Shown piece after piece: positions 29,398 through 39,679 of a stretch of DNA of 64,000 bases (the first letter of the stretch is position 1; each line of letters begins with the position of its first letter). The translations under genes were made by a program, and so were the position numbers. This DNA is from an uncultured Methanosarcinales archaeon (GTDB lineage Archaea; Nanobdellota; Nanobdellia; Woesearchaeales; WJKR01), in NCBI GenBank assembly GCA_964556395.1, contig CAZKVR010000005.1, forward strand, positions 1,470 through 65,469, read 5' to 3'. The notes under the pieces are model-generated. The model searched no databases and was not told the DNA's origin. It saw only the letters and a list, made by a program, of their open reading frames with translations.

Positions 29398-29826
29398 ATG
29401 AGGAAGCGTTTCTCGAAGCGGGATATCAAGGAGTTTCTCGAAGAGCACCCGTACGCGGAGCCGTTCATGACGAAGAAGTCCGACGTCGTCCAGGAGGATC
29501 ACCGCCTGTTCGTGGATGGCGAGGTGCGGTTCCGGCTGCACGAGGACCGGTGGATACCGTCTTTGGAGCTGTTGCGGGAGCACGAGGTCCTACCGAAAGT
29601 CATCGTCGACAAGGGCACGCCGCCGTTCATCCTCAAGGGGGCGGACCTGATGAGGCCTGGCGTGGTGGAGTGCGGCGAGTTCTCGAAGGGTGACGTCGTC
29701 GTCGTGGTGGACGAGGTTCACGGCTACCCGTTGGCGACGGGGGAGGCGTTGCTCTCGTCTGGAGAATTGTTGGATAAGGATGAGGGTAAGGTCATTAGGA
29801 TATTGCACAACCTCAAGTCCGATTAG
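29398..29826 (+). CDS. PUA domain RNA-binding protein
   Basis: PPFILKGADLMRPGVVECGEFSKGDVVVVVDE PUA-like core; start ATG 29398 preceded by TATA-like box. Confidence 0.55.
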   Translation: MRKRFSKRDIKEFLEEHPYAEPFMTKKSDVVQEDHRLFVDGEVRFRLHEDRWIPSLELLREHEVLPKVIVDKGTPPFILKGADLMRPGVVECGEFSKGDVVVVVDEVHGYPLATGEALLSSGELLDKDEGKVIRILHNLKSD

Positions 29827-32800
29827 ATCCTGAGCGTGGTGACCTTGCTCTGGCCGTGCTCGTTCATGCTGATGCCGTAGAGCGTCTCGGCTTCGGTGAT
29901 GACGCCGTCGTTGTGGCTGATGATGATGTACTGGGCGTTCTTAGAGTAAGCCTTGATGAGGTTGGCTAACCTTTCCGAGTTCTTCTTGTCCAGGGCCGCG
30001 TCGACCTCGTCGAAGATGTAGAAGGGTGCGGGCTCGTGCTCCTGCACTGCGAAGATGAACGCCAGTGCGGTGAGGGTCTTCTCGCCGCCTGACAGGCTCC
30101 GGATGTCCATGAACTTCTTGCCTGAGATGCGTACCTTGAGGGTCATGCCGCCGTTGAAGACTTCCTTCTCGTCCTCGAGCTCGAGCGTGGCTTCGCCTTT
30201 CGTGCTGAGGGATCCGAACAAGCGCTTGAAGTTCTTGTTGATGATGTCGTACGTCTTCATGAAGAGCTCCTTCTTCTTGGCGTCGACCTCGTTTATCATG
30301 ACGAGGACGTTCTCGCGCTCCTTGCCGAGGCGTTCCTTCTTGTCCATCAGCTTGTGGTATTCTGCCTCGACGGTCTCGTAGATCTCGAGGGCTTTCATGT
30401 TGACGGCGCCCATGTCCTCGACCATCTTCTCGAACTCGCTGATCTCCTTCTGCACCTGTGCGAAGCTCTTGTTCTCATAAGGCTCGACGTCCTCGTACTG
30501 CTTCGCCTCCTCCTCGAGTCCTGAGAGTTCGGCTTTCACCTTGGCCTGTTCGAGGCTGGCGGTGTTCGCCTTGGTCTCGTGGCTGCGGATCTCCTCGTTG
30601 AGGCCCATGATGTCGTTCTCGGCCTTGTTCGCCTCGTCCGTCAGCTTCGAGCGTTTGTTGAAGAGTTCCTTGAACTGCTCGTAGAACTTCTTCTCGGCCT
30701 CTTCCTTCTTGGCGAGGTCTGCCTCCTGTTTCTGGACCTTCGCTTCCAAGTCCTGTTTTTCCTTCTTGAAGTCGGCCTCTTCCTTCTCGTGCTGCTTGAG
30801 GATCTTCTGGATGTTCTCACCTTCAGGCCCTAGTATGTTGGCGACTTCGGAGTCGTTCGCCTTGAGGTCGAGGGTGAGCTTGTTGATGTGCTCTTTGAGC
30901 TCGTCCTTCTTGTCCTGGAAGCTGTTGAGCTCCGCCAACAGGCTCGGGTTCTGGAGCTCGTTGATCTGGTCCCGTAGCTTCTGCTTCTCGATCTTGAGGT
31001 TTGCGAGCTTCTTGTTCTTCTCGCTGATCTGCTGGGTGACGTCGTCGTACTGCTTGTCCAGCTCTTTCAGTTCGGACTCGAGCTTCTGCTTCTCGTCCTT
31101 GCTGACGCCGACGTCTTCAGAGTCTAGGTGGAGGCTCTTCTCGAGCTTGATGACCTCTCCTTCCAGCTCGGCCTTCCGTTCGCGGAGCCGTTGGATGGCT
31201 TCCTCGTTGTCCTGCTTCTTCTGAGCGGTATGGTCCACGACTGATTGCAGGTCTGCGATCTCCTTCTCGAGCTTGTCGAGCTGTTCGTTGAGCTCTTGTT
31301 CCTGGAAGCCGAGCCCCTTGGATTTCTGGCGGTGGCCTCCTTGCATGGCGCCGCTCGTCTCGACGAGGTCTCCGGTGAGGGTGACCATGCGCGTGGTGCC
31401 GACGCCGAGCTTCCGCGCCGTGCTGACGTCATCCACCACCAGGGTGTTGCCGAACACGTACCTGAAGACCGGATCGTACTTCTTGGCGTGGCTGATGAGG
31501 TCTATGGCGAGGCCGTGCGTGCCGGCCTTCTTCTGGCGGAGCTCTTCCTTGACAGGCGGGGCTTTGAGCTTGTTGAGGGGTAGGAATGTGGCGACTCCTA
31601 GGCGGTGCTTCTTGAGGTGGCTGATGCACTCCTGTGCGACCTTGTCGTCCTCGACGACGATGCTGCGGACGCGGCCGCCGGCCGCGACTTCGAGCGCTTG
31701 CGAGTAGTCCTTCTTGACGTGGCCTAGTTCTGAGACCGTGCCGTGGACCCCTTTCTTCTTGAGGTCCATGATGGCATTTATCGCAGTACCGCCGGCGATG
31801 CTCTCCCTCACCCTGGCTTGCTGCCCCTGCAGCTTCGACTGCTCTTCCTGCCGGGCCAGCAGCTTGGTGCGGGCGTTGGCGAGCTCGGCCGCGAGGGTCG
31901 AGTCCTGGTTGAGGCAGCTGGAGAGCTCTTTCGTGGCTTGCTTGAACGTGGCTTTCTTGTCCTTGAGCTTCTGGAGCTGTTCCTTGTGCTCCTTCTCGAG
32001 TCCTTTCACCTTCGAGATCTTGTCGTCGATGCCTTGGACTTTCATCTCGAGCTTGTCGCGTTCGCGGAGGAGGTCTTGCTGTTTCTGACGGAGGTCCGCG
32101 ATCTCTTCGGACGCCTTGTCGGCTTCCTCGTCGATCTCTTCGACGCGCTGGTTCATCCCGGCGGCGTCTTCCATCTTGTGCTTCTTCTTGAACTCTTCGA
32201 GGCGCTTGTCGACCTGTCCGATCTCCTTCTTCTTGGATTCGATCTGTTGTTGGAGGTCTTTCTTGGTCTGCTCGAGCCGTCGGCTCTTGCTCGACACCTC
32301 TCCGAGGTTCTTGTTGAGCTCTTCCTTGCGTTGCTCGAGCTTGTCGAGCTCTCCCTGGATGGTAGAAAGGCGTTGCTTGTTCACTGCGACGTCGACTTTT
32401 ATGGTCTCGACTTCCTTGTGGAGTTCTACCTGCTCCTTCTCGCCTTTGGATTCGACTTCCTTGTTGATCTCGTCGATCCTCTTCTTCTTCTCCTCGATGG
32501 TGTCGCGGAGCTTCTGTATCTTGTCCTGGCGTTTCTGCACCTGCTCCTTAGCCTTGTCGATGGCTTTCTGGTGCTCTGCGGCCTTGGCTTGCTTGTCCTT
32601 GATCTTCTTGTCCAGCAAAGTGGCCTTGTTGCGCTTGATCTTCTCGTCGAGTTCCTTGAACTTCTGGGCCTGGTCGCGCTCCTCCTTGAGCTCCTTGAGA
32701 TAGGTTTCCCGTTCCTTGAGTATGATGTCGGCCTCGTTGAGGCGCTCCTCCACCCGGGAGAGTTCTCGGAGGGCTTTCTCTTTCTTCTCCTCGTAGATGC

Positions 32801-33305
32801 TGATGCCCGCCACCTCTTCGAGGATCTTGCGACGCTCGTTAGGGCTCATCTCGACGAGGTTGACGATGTCGCCCTGCAGTATGATGTTGTAGCCGTCGGG
32901 GTCGACCTTGGCCCTGCTCAGCAGTTCGAGGACCTGCTGCCGGGTCATGGTCTTGTCGTTGATCTTGTACGTGCTCTGCCCTGACTGCTTGATGATGCGC
33001 GTGAGCTTGAGCTCGTCGCCGCCGACGCCGAACGCGTCGTCAGGGTTTGAGAACCAGAGGCTGACCTCGCCTTGCTTGGCGGGCTTCTTCTTCTTGCCGC
33101 CGTTGTAGATGAGGTTTGCGGACTTCTCGGCCCGCAGACCCTTGGCGGAGGCTTTCCCGAGGACGAAGCAGAGGGCGTCCATGATGTTGCTCTTGCCCGA
33201 CCCGTTGGGGCCGAGGACGCAGTTGAAGGCGTCGCCGAACTCGACGTCGGTCTTGTTGGCGAAGGACTTGAAGCCCCTCATCTGCATGCGTTTCACGAGC
33301 ACCAT
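29823..33305 (-). CDS. smc: chromosome segregation protein SMC
   Basis: 1160 aa; N-terminal Walker A GPNGSGKSN, long coiled-coils, hinge, C-terminal LSGGEKTLTALAF signature and Walker B/D-loop. Confidence 0.9.
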   Translation of the reverse strand: MVLVKRMQMRGFKSFANKTDVEFGDAFNCVLGPNGSGKSNIMDALCFVLGKASAKGLRAEKSANLIYNGGKKKKPAKQGEVSLWFSNPDDAFGVGGDELKLTRIIKQSGQSTYKINDKTMTRQQVLELLSRAKVDPDGYNIILQGDIVNLVEMSPNERRKILEEVAGISIYEEKKEKALRELSRVEERLNEADIILKERETYLKELKEERDQAQKFKELDEKIKRNKATLLDKKIKDKQAKAAEHQKAIDKAKEQVQKRQDKIQKLRDTIEEKKKRIDEINKEVESKGEKEQVELHKEVETIKVDVAVNKQRLSTIQGELDKLEQRKEELNKNLGEVSSKSRRLEQTKKDLQQQIESKKKEIGQVDKRLEEFKKKHKMEDAAGMNQRVEEIDEEADKASEEIADLRQKQQDLLRERDKLEMKVQGIDDKISKVKGLEKEHKEQLQKLKDKKATFKQATKELSSCLNQDSTLAAELANARTKLLARQEEQSKLQGQQARVRESIAGGTAINAIMDLKKKGVHGTVSELGHVKKDYSQALEVAAGGRVRSIVVEDDKVAQECISHLKKHRLGVATFLPLNKLKAPPVKEELRQKKAGTHGLAIDLISHAKKYDPVFRYVFGNTLVVDDVSTARKLGVGTTRMVTLTGDLVETSGAMQGGHRQKSKGLGFQEQELNEQLDKLEKEIADLQSVVDHTAQKKQDNEEAIQRLRERKAELEGEVIKLEKSLHLDSEDVGVSKDEKQKLESELKELDKQYDDVTQQISEKNKKLANLKIEKQKLRDQINELQNPSLLAELNSFQDKKDELKEHINKLTLDLKANDSEVANILGPEGENIQKILKQHEKEEADFKKEKQDLEAKVQKQEADLAKKEEAEKKFYEQFKELFNKRSKLTDEANKAENDIMGLNEEIRSHETKANTASLEQAKVKAELSGLEEEAKQYEDVEPYENKSFAQVQKEISEFEKMVEDMGAVNMKALEIYETVEAEYHKLMDKKERLGKERENVLVMINEVDAKKKELFMKTYDIINKNFKRLFGSLSTKGEATLELEDEKEVFNGGMTLKVRISGKKFMDIRSLSGGEKTLTALAFIFAVQEHEPAPFYIFDEVDAALDKKNSERLANLIKAYSKNAQYIIISHNDGVITEAETLYGISMNEHGQSKVTTLRI

Positions 33306-33396
33306 GGTCCAGGCGGACTTGACAAGGAGTCATATTTAAACCTATCGCACGCTTGGAGCACAAGGTTTTTTAACCAGTCCCTACCTGACACCTCTC

Positions 33397-34455
33397 ATGG
33401 TCGACTGGCAAGCGTTGCTCTCCGTCTCGTGGCAGGGCAACACCGTCAAGGAGTATGCGGTCGCGGTACTCGTCTTCCTGGCCGCCTGGTTCGTGCTGCG
33501 GTTCTTCAAGTTCGTCGTCATACAACGTCTCAAGACATTGGCGAAGAAGACCAAGACTGACGTGGACGACGCGCTCATCGAGGCTAAGGACAGCATCGGC
33601 TGGCCGTTCTACGCCATCCTCGCCATCTTCATAGGACTCAAGTTCATAGACGTCCACCCGGCCTTGGACAAGGGGATGTACTACCTGCTCATCGTCACCA
33701 TCACGTATTACGTGGCGCGCATAGCCCACCGTATGGTCGGGTTCTTCGCCGACAAGTGGGATGAGAAGAAGGGGCGGAAGGGGACGAGGCAGAGCCCTAT
33801 CGTCAACCTGCTCAAGGGGTTCATCCAAGGGTTGTTGTGGGTGCTCGTCATACTCCTCATCCTCGACAACCTCGGGTACAACGTCTCGGCGTTGCTGGCG
33901 GGCGTGGGTATCGGCGGCATCGCCATCGCGTTCGCCTTGCAAGGGGTGTTGTCGGACCTGTTCGCGTCCATGTCGATCTACTTCGACAAGCCGTTCGAGG
34001 TGGGCGACTTCCTCATCATCGGAGGCGACATGGGGACTGTGAAGAAAATCGGCATCAAGTCTACGAGGCTCCAGACACTCCAGGGCCAGGAGCTCGTCGT
34101 GTCCAACCAGGAGCTCACCAGCACGAGGATCAACAATTACAAGAAGCTCGAGAAGCGCCGCGTCGCGTTCAAGTTCGGCGTGACGTACGACACGCCCGCC
34201 ACCAAATTGAAGCGCATCCCCGGCATGGTGGAGCGGATCGTCAAGGACAAGGAGTTGGCGGAGTTCGACCGGGCGCATTTCAAGGAGTTCGCGGACTCCA
34301 GCCTGCTGTTCGAGGTCGTCTACTATCTCAACTCGAGCGATTACAAGGAGTACATGGACACCCAGCAGGACATCAACCTGGACATCGTCAAGGCTTTCAA
34401 CAAGGCGAAGGTCGAGATGGCGTTCCCGACGACGACAGTCCACCTGAAGAAGTGA
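33397..34455 (+). CDS. small-conductance mechanosensitive channel (MscS family)
   Basis: TM3-beta domain region GVLSDLFASMSIYFDKPFEVGDFLIIGGDMGTVKKIGIKSTRL typical of MscS. Confidence 0.85.
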   Translation: MVDWQALLSVSWQGNTVKEYAVAVLVFLAAWFVLRFFKFVVIQRLKTLAKKTKTDVDDALIEAKDSIGWPFYAILAIFIGLKFIDVHPALDKGMYYLLIVTITYYVARIAHRMVGFFADKWDEKKGRKGTRQSPIVNLLKGFIQGLLWVLVILLILDNLGYNVSALLAGVGIGGIAIAFALQGVLSDLFASMSIYFDKPFEVGDFLIIGGDMGTVKKIGIKSTRLQTLQGQELVVSNQELTSTRINNYKKLEKRRVAFKFGVTYDTPATKLKRIPGMVERIVKDKELAEFDRAHFKEFADSSLLFEVVYYLNSSDYKEYMDTQQDINLDIVKAFNKAKVEMAFPTTTVHLKK

Positions 34456-34571
34456 CGTTCTCAAAAATCACTTTCTGCCCTTCCCATGACGGTCTGGAAC
34501 TGCAGGTCTCTGGCAAAGGATTATAGCGGATAGGAATAACGATGGGAGAAGTCTTTCTCATAGGAGCGACC

Positions 34572-35273
34572 TCAACACCTGCTCGGTGTGATGAGCTCTA
34601 CCAGGCCGACTTTCACCCAGCCGACGTAGGGTACGCGCACCTTGGCGACGCCGAGTATCTGTTCTTCGCGCACGTCGGCCTCATCGAGTCCGGGGTCGAT
34701 GCCGCCGCTTATCTGGATGGGGTTGTGGTCGCCTTTCGTCTCGAACACGTATCCTTGCGGGGTGTCGTGCTTGTCGATGACGCGGTGGATGATGGGGTAT
34801 GGTTTGCGGGCCTGGAAGACGACGACGTCCCCGACCGAGATGTCTTCGGGTTCCTCGCCCGCGAGGATGATGATGTCACCTTTGGAGAAGCCGTTGCTGA
34901 AAGGGTAGTCGCGGAACTCGTCGGGGTTGATGTTCCGTTCCTCGTACCAGTCGCCGCACTCGTTCCAGAACTCATCGAACGTGACGCCTGATGGCCGTTC
35001 GGATAGCGTGTGTCCGCAGAGCTCGTACTCCTTGTTGCAGGCGGCGTCGTACTCTTTCGTGTAGCCGTGGTCCATGCTCTCGCTCACCACCGCGACTATG
35101 GGGAGGCCCGTCCCCAACGCTACGGACAGCAGGGGGTAGACGAGGAACTTTATGATGAGGAACGCCAGGACGACGTTGACGACCCAGCTGGCGATGCTGT
35201 CCTCGTACCAGATGAAGTGCCAGGCTTTCCCCCGCCACGTTTCGGGCTGCTTCTTGGGCTTGCGTCGGGCCAC
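34572..35273 (-). CDS. signal peptidase I, archaeal/eukaryal Sec11 type
   Basis: N-terminal TM, SESM catalytic Ser box, GDHN box near C-terminus; unusually long insertion between boxes. Confidence 0.65.
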   Translation of the reverse strand: MARRKPKKQPETWRGKAWHFIWYEDSIASWVVNVVLAFLIIKFLVYPLLSVALGTGLPIVAVVSESMDHGYTKEYDAACNKEYELCGHTLSERPSGVTFDEFWNECGDWYEERNINPDEFRDYPFSNGFSKGDIIILAGEEPEDISVGDVVVFQARKPYPIIHRVIDKHDTPQGYVFETKGDHNPIQISGGIDPGLDEADVREEQILGVAKVRVPYVGWVKVGLVELITPSRC

Positions 35274-35489
35274 GGTCTCTTGCTGTCAGGAGCCAGGCCT
35301 TTTAAACGTTTCTGCTCCGGAAGGCTCGATGCTGTTGGGAGGGTTCTTCATCCTTGCAAGAGACTTCCAAAGCTCTTTGTCCGACGGGAACCGTGCGGGT
35401 TTTCAGGAGAACTGTCATTGTCGAGGCGGTCGCGACCCGTGCCTGCGAGGAGAACAGCTTTTATAAACAGGTCTTCATTCCTCTACGGC

Positions 35490-36446
35490 ATGGCGTTCTG
35501 CCCGGTCTGCGGAAAGAATATACGGCGAGGCGAGTCGTTCTGCGAGGACCACAAGCCCTCCAGGCTAGAGGTCAAGCCATTCGACGTACGCCTCTGCTCG
35601 TGCGGACGGCTGTTCGCGCACAACCACTGGTTCCACCCCCAAGACCTCGAGTCCTCAATCCTCAAGGTGGTGAAGGACCACGTCAAGCAGAAAGTGCCCA
35701 TACGCCTGGAGTCCCTGGATGTGCCTGAGAAGCGCGGCAACAAGGGCTACGGCAAGGCGGTGGCGACGGTGCAGGGCGAGGAGGTCCCTTTAGACTTCCC
35801 GGTGAAGCTGCAGCGCTGCGAGAAGTGCGCCCTGGCGGGGACGGAGTACTTCACCGCCAAGCTACAGCTACGCGAACCGCCGGAAGAGGCGTTGCCCTTC
35901 GTCCAGGAACAGCTGGCAGGGGTGGAGGACAAAGGCGTGGCTGTCAACAAGGTGGCTGACACCCCTCGTGGCCCCGACCTGTACCTGACGCACAAGTCGG
36001 CCGCCCGGCAAGTGGGCGAGAAGCTGGTGCGACGTTTCGGCGGCCGGATGAAGGCTTCCGAACAGTTGTTCTCGCAGGACCGCCAGACGAGCAAGGGCCT
36101 GTATCGGTTGAACGTCGTGGTCGATTTCCCTCACTTCTCGACAGGCGACGTGGTCTCGCTGAAAGGGCGTCCGGTCCTCGTGACGGGTTTGGGCAAGCAG
36201 TGCACGGGCCGGGACCTGTTCGCGGACAAGAAAGCGGTCTTCACGGCGGGCGACGAGGACGAGGTGTTGAAGCGCCACAAGACCACCGTGGCGGTCACCC
36301 ACCCGGAGGCGGAAGTCATACACCCAGTGACGTTCCAGCAGGTGCCGGTGGCGACGCACGAGAACCTCTTGGAGGGGTTGCAGGACGGCCAGAAGGTGCG
36401 CGTCGTCATCCTGAAGAAGCGGGTGTACGTCATCCCCAGGCTCTAG
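35490..36446 (+). CDS. NMD3-family protein (archaeal 60S export adaptor homolog)
   Basis: N-terminal CPVCG...CEDH and CSCG...H zinc-binding pairs, NMD3 core; start ATG 35490 with TTTTATAAA ~25 nt upstream; ORF-track 5' extension is antisense to signal peptidase. Confidence 0.6.
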   Translation: MAFCPVCGKNIRRGESFCEDHKPSRLEVKPFDVRLCSCGRLFAHNHWFHPQDLESSILKVVKDHVKQKVPIRLESLDVPEKRGNKGYGKAVATVQGEEVPLDFPVKLQRCEKCALAGTEYFTAKLQLREPPEEALPFVQEQLAGVEDKGVAVNKVADTPRGPDLYLTHKSAARQVGEKLVRRFGGRMKASEQLFSQDRQTSKGLYRLNVVVDFPHFSTGDVVSLKGRPVLVTGLGKQCTGRDLFADKKAVFTAGDEDEVLKRHKTTVAVTHPEAEVIHPVTFQQVPVATHENLLEGLQDGQKVRVVILKKRVYVIPRL

Positions 36447-36493
36447 CCAGAGCCGACACCAGAATAATTTGTGATCGAGAGGCTGAACAGACC

Positions 36494-36688
36494 ATGAGCG
36501 AGAGGTTCTTCAAAGTGTGCCCCCGGTGCGGCAGCCTGAACACCAAGTTCAACGATAGGCAGATGGATGGGGGACCCCTGTGGGACAAGTGCCTTGACTG
36601 CACGTACGGCGAGTCCGTACTGGTCATCTTCCCAGAGGTCGAGGAGTCGCGGTTGGAAGAATTCAAGGCGGAAAGGGAGAAGGAGTGA
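36494..36688 (+). CDS. small zinc-ribbon protein
   Basis: 64 aa; CPRC...CLDC four-Cys ribbon. Confidence 0.4.
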   Translation: MSERFFKVCPRCGSLNTKFNDRQMDGGPLWDKCLDCTYGESVLVIFPEVEESRLEEFKAEREKE

Positions 36689-36728
36689 ATCCACCCCTCA
36701 AATCATTCTCATAAAGGCACCCACACCT

Positions 36729-38354
36729 CTAGCCCCAGTCTCCCAGCGCTTTCTGCCCTTTGCGCTTCCGAGGCTTGACTTGGACGTCGTCGGGGTCGAC
36801 TTTCTGGCCTACGCGCTCCTTCAGTTTCAAGGCGGTGGCTTTCCCGACGAGCTGCGCCAGCGTCGTCGCGTCGGCCCGTTGCACGCCGCCGACGTCCCGG
36901 AGGCCGTTCTGATACAGTTTCCTGGCGCGTACGCGTCCGACGTCGCGTAGCTTGAGCAACGGCAACAGTTCTTCCTTGGCGCCGTGCTTGAGACGCTTGC
37001 GGAGTTTCAAGAACATGCCCCGCTGTTCGTGGAAGCCCGCGATCTTGGCGAGCTCTCCCGCGCCGTAGACGATCCAGTCGACGAGTTCGAGCTTCGCGTG
37101 GAGCTCTCCCGGCCGGACGTTGTACTTCTCCATGAGCTCCGGCTCGGAGTCCTCCTCCATCCAACGCTCGAGAAGCATGGCGGTCTTGACCGTGTCGAGG
37201 TAGGTGTCGTACTCTTCAGTGTAGCGGTTGGGCGGGAGGTGGAGGAGGCCGTACTCTTCCACGGCGAGCTTCTCCTCGATGACGTCCATGTCCGCCGCGC
37301 GGGCCTTCACGTACGGCCGCAGCTCGAGGCAGGCTGCGCAGAGGTGGAGGTAGCTGAACGTGCTCGGCCTTCTCGACGTGCTTCTCATCATCCCCTTGAG
37401 GAGGTGGTGCGCGGTCAACGGGTCGAGGTAGAGTTCCGAGACGCGGCGACCCATCTTGGTGGCTTCCAACGACTCGTCATCGTCTTGTTCCATAGAGAGG
37501 TCTGCCGCGGTGGTGAAGCCATCCGTCACGGCCGGGCCTTCGTCACTTCCGGGCTTGAGGAACTCCCACTCCCGCAACAGCCGCGTCATGTCATCGAGTA
37601 TGCGGTTGAGCTTGGCCGTATCCCCATATTGGTGTGCGTAGAACGTCCGGCTGAAGAACCCGTACAAGTCCTTCTTCGTGGTGATGAACTCGCTCGCCAC
37701 CAACGACAACAAGTACGTGCGGAGCACCGGTTCGACGGCGAGCTTGGAGTAGATGGCCTCCGGCTCGCCATGGAGGTAGTGGTTGACGATCTCCTCCGCC
37801 TGCCTGTCGTCCTTGGCGACGCAGAGGGCCTCACCCCATGGATCCTTGCCGGGCCGGCCGGCGCGGCCCGTCATCTGCTCGTACTCGAGGACCGGGATAG
37901 AGGTCATCCCCCACGGCCCGCCGTAGCGCTTGAGGTCTCGGACGACGACTCGGAAGGCGGGGAGGTCGACGCCTGCGGCCAGCGTCGGCGTGGCGCAGAT
38001 AGCCTTGACATGCTTCTCCCGGAAGGCCTGCTCGACGAGTCCTCGTTGCTTTGCGTGGAGGCCTGCGTGGTGGAACGCCACCCCCTTCTCGAGGCAGCCC
38101 GCCAGGCGCCGGCACTGCTTGGTCGGGCTGGACAAGGCTTTCAACGCTTCCTCCGCCAATTCCTTGCCTTTCTCCGTGGCTCCCAGGACCTTGGCGACCT
38201 TCTCGGCCTGGCTCTCAGCGCCGCGCTTGGTGTTGACGAAGACGATGAGCTGCCGTTCATCGACGAGTACGGTCTGCTTGGCGATGTCGGTAGCGGCGTC
38301 CTTGACACCCTCCAGCTTACGGGTCTCGCCCGGCTCCGGCTCCTTGAGCGGCAT
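36729..38354 (-). pseudogene. Hel308/Ski2-like helicase, C-terminal portion only (RecA2 + winged helix + ratchet + HLH); 5'-truncated
   Basis: Begins at motif IV (LIVFVNTKRGAE), has motif V/VI (ATPTLAAGVDLPA, QMTGRAGRPG) but no Walker A/DExH RecA1 domain; only ~100 nt lie upstream before an opposite-strand homing endonuclease gene. Confidence 0.5.
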
Positions 38355-38456
38355 GCCTTCCGGAGTGGAAGCGTGGTTTTTATAGGTTTGCCGCGCAGGT
38401 GGCCACTGGACAGGCGTGGGCGGTAGAGTTATTAAGGTCTCTCGATATTCTCATCC

Positions 38457-39233
38457 ATGACGCTGCCACCGGAGAAACGACGGTTTTTTCGGAAGCTCTA
38501 CGGCGAGGGCTTGTCGATGCGAGCCATCGCGCGGAGGGAGGAGGTAGCGGTGGCTACGATCAAGAAGTATCTTCTTCTCTCAGGCGTCGAGGTGCGTGAG
38601 AGGAACATCGTCCGACACTTGGTATGTGATGATGAGCGCCTGATAGGGACCTACTGCGGTTTGTGGGCCGGGGATGGCAGCCAGTATTATGACAAGGGCT
38701 ATCGTGTCAAGTTTTGCTTGCATTCGGGGAACAAGGAGCTCATCAAGTTCGTGCAACTGGTGTTGAGGAAGCTTTTCGGCAAAGAGAGCCGGTTCACCCA
38801 TGACCACGGCAAGTACAGCGGCTTTGTCATCTTCAGTTCAAGGTTCATCTTCGAGTTCGTCAAGGAGTACCTGACCTATAAGAGGTACAAGACGAAGACA
38901 GTGAGGTTGAAGAGGGATGTTAACCGATACTCTTTCGCGTTCCTTGAGGGTTTCTTCTTGGGGCTGATGCTTTCTGACGGCCATCTGAGACATAAGGTCC
39001 AGTACAATTCGATCTCAGCCGGACTCATCGCGAACGTCATCGAGGTGTTGTGGCTTTTCGGCATCACCGGACCGTTGAGCATTTCAGACAGGTCCAAGTA
39101 CGGATGGAACGACCTGTTCTGCCTCTCCTTGGGCAAGAAGCAGACGCTCGAGGCGGAGATGCTGCTTGATGAGACCTTGAGGAAGATTGGGTATGGGAAA
39201 CCTTTCAGGGAGCTCAAGGGCGTGTTCAGGTGA
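38457..39233 (+). CDS. LAGLIDADG homing endonuclease with N-terminal HTH
   Basis: Two LAGLIDADG motifs (YCGLWAGDGS, FLGLMLSDGH), N-terminal sigma-70 region-4-like HTH; lower GC and distinct codon usage versus flanks. Confidence 0.7.
   Translation: MTLPPEKRRFFRKLYGEGLSMRAIARREEVAVATIKKYLLLSGVEVRERNIVRHLVCDDERLIGTYCGLWAGDGSQYYDKGYRVKFCLHSGNKELIKFVQLVLRKLFGKESRFTHDHGKYSGFVIFSSRFIFEFVKEYLTYKRYKTKTVRLKRDVNRYSFAFLEGFFLGLMLSDGHLRHKVQYNSISAGLIANVIEVLWLFGITGPLSISDRSKYGWNDLFCLSLGKKQTLEAEMLLDETLRKIGYGKPFRELKGVFR
38457..39233 (+). mobile_element. free-standing homing endonuclease gene insertion
   Basis: Atypical composition, sits between truncated helicase and tRNA pair. Confidence 0.5.
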
Positions 39234-39244
39234 GAAGAAAAAAA

Positions 39245-39318
39245 GTGGGCCCGCCGAGATTTGAACTCGGGACCTCATGATTATCAGTCATGCGCTCCAC
39301 CAGGCTAAGCTACGGGCC
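39245..39318 (-). tRNA. tRNA-Ile(GAT)
   Basis: Full cloverleaf traced: GGGCCCG acceptor, anticodon stem CATGA/TCATG loop CTGATAA, T-arm CCGAG TTCAAAT CTCGG; no CCA encoded. Confidence 0.85.
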
Positions 39319-39322
39319 CATA

Positions 39323-39337
39323 AGGACGCCTCCGGCC
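39323..39337. repeat. 15-nt direct repeat GGACGCCTCCGGCCG duplicating the tRNA-Asn 3' acceptor end plus 3 flanking nt (att-like remnant)
   Basis: Identical to 39377-39391. Confidence 0.5.
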
Positions 39338-39379
39338 GATATCCTCAGGTTTCCCTTTGGGACCGGCCTTTGGCTTTGG

Positions 39380-39488
39380 ACGCCTCCGGCCGGGTTCGAA
39401 CCGGCGACCTTGCGGTTACGGTCCGCCGCACAGCGATGGTCGCTGCGGGCTGTTAACAGCCGCACGCTCTACCGCTAAGCTACGGAGG
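39380..39488 (-). tRNA. tRNA-Asn(GTT) with 37-nt intron after position 37
   Basis: Acceptor GCCTCCG/CGGAGGC, D-arm GCTT AGCGGTA GAGC, anticodon stem TGCGG/CCGCA, loop CTGTTA|intron 39416-39452|A, T-arm GCCGG TTCGAAC CCGGC. Confidence 0.75.
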
Positions 39489-39679
39489 CTCAACCCCGAT
39501 GGATTGACGGCGCATTTATAAAATTAACTGATGGGTGGTGGTGAGCGGAAACCGTGCGCGTCCGACACCGAGCAGGAGCGACAGCATATAAGCCTGCCGC
39601 TCTCCAGCCTGACACGCGTGAGGAGTTACAAAACGAAACATATATAAAACAGCGGCGTGAGAACAACAGCCTGGTGTGA

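Noticed and set aside
35010-35489. 5' extension of NMD3-like ORF
   Set aside because: Antisense to the signal peptidase gene; a TATA box and ATG at 35490 give a canonical leaderless start
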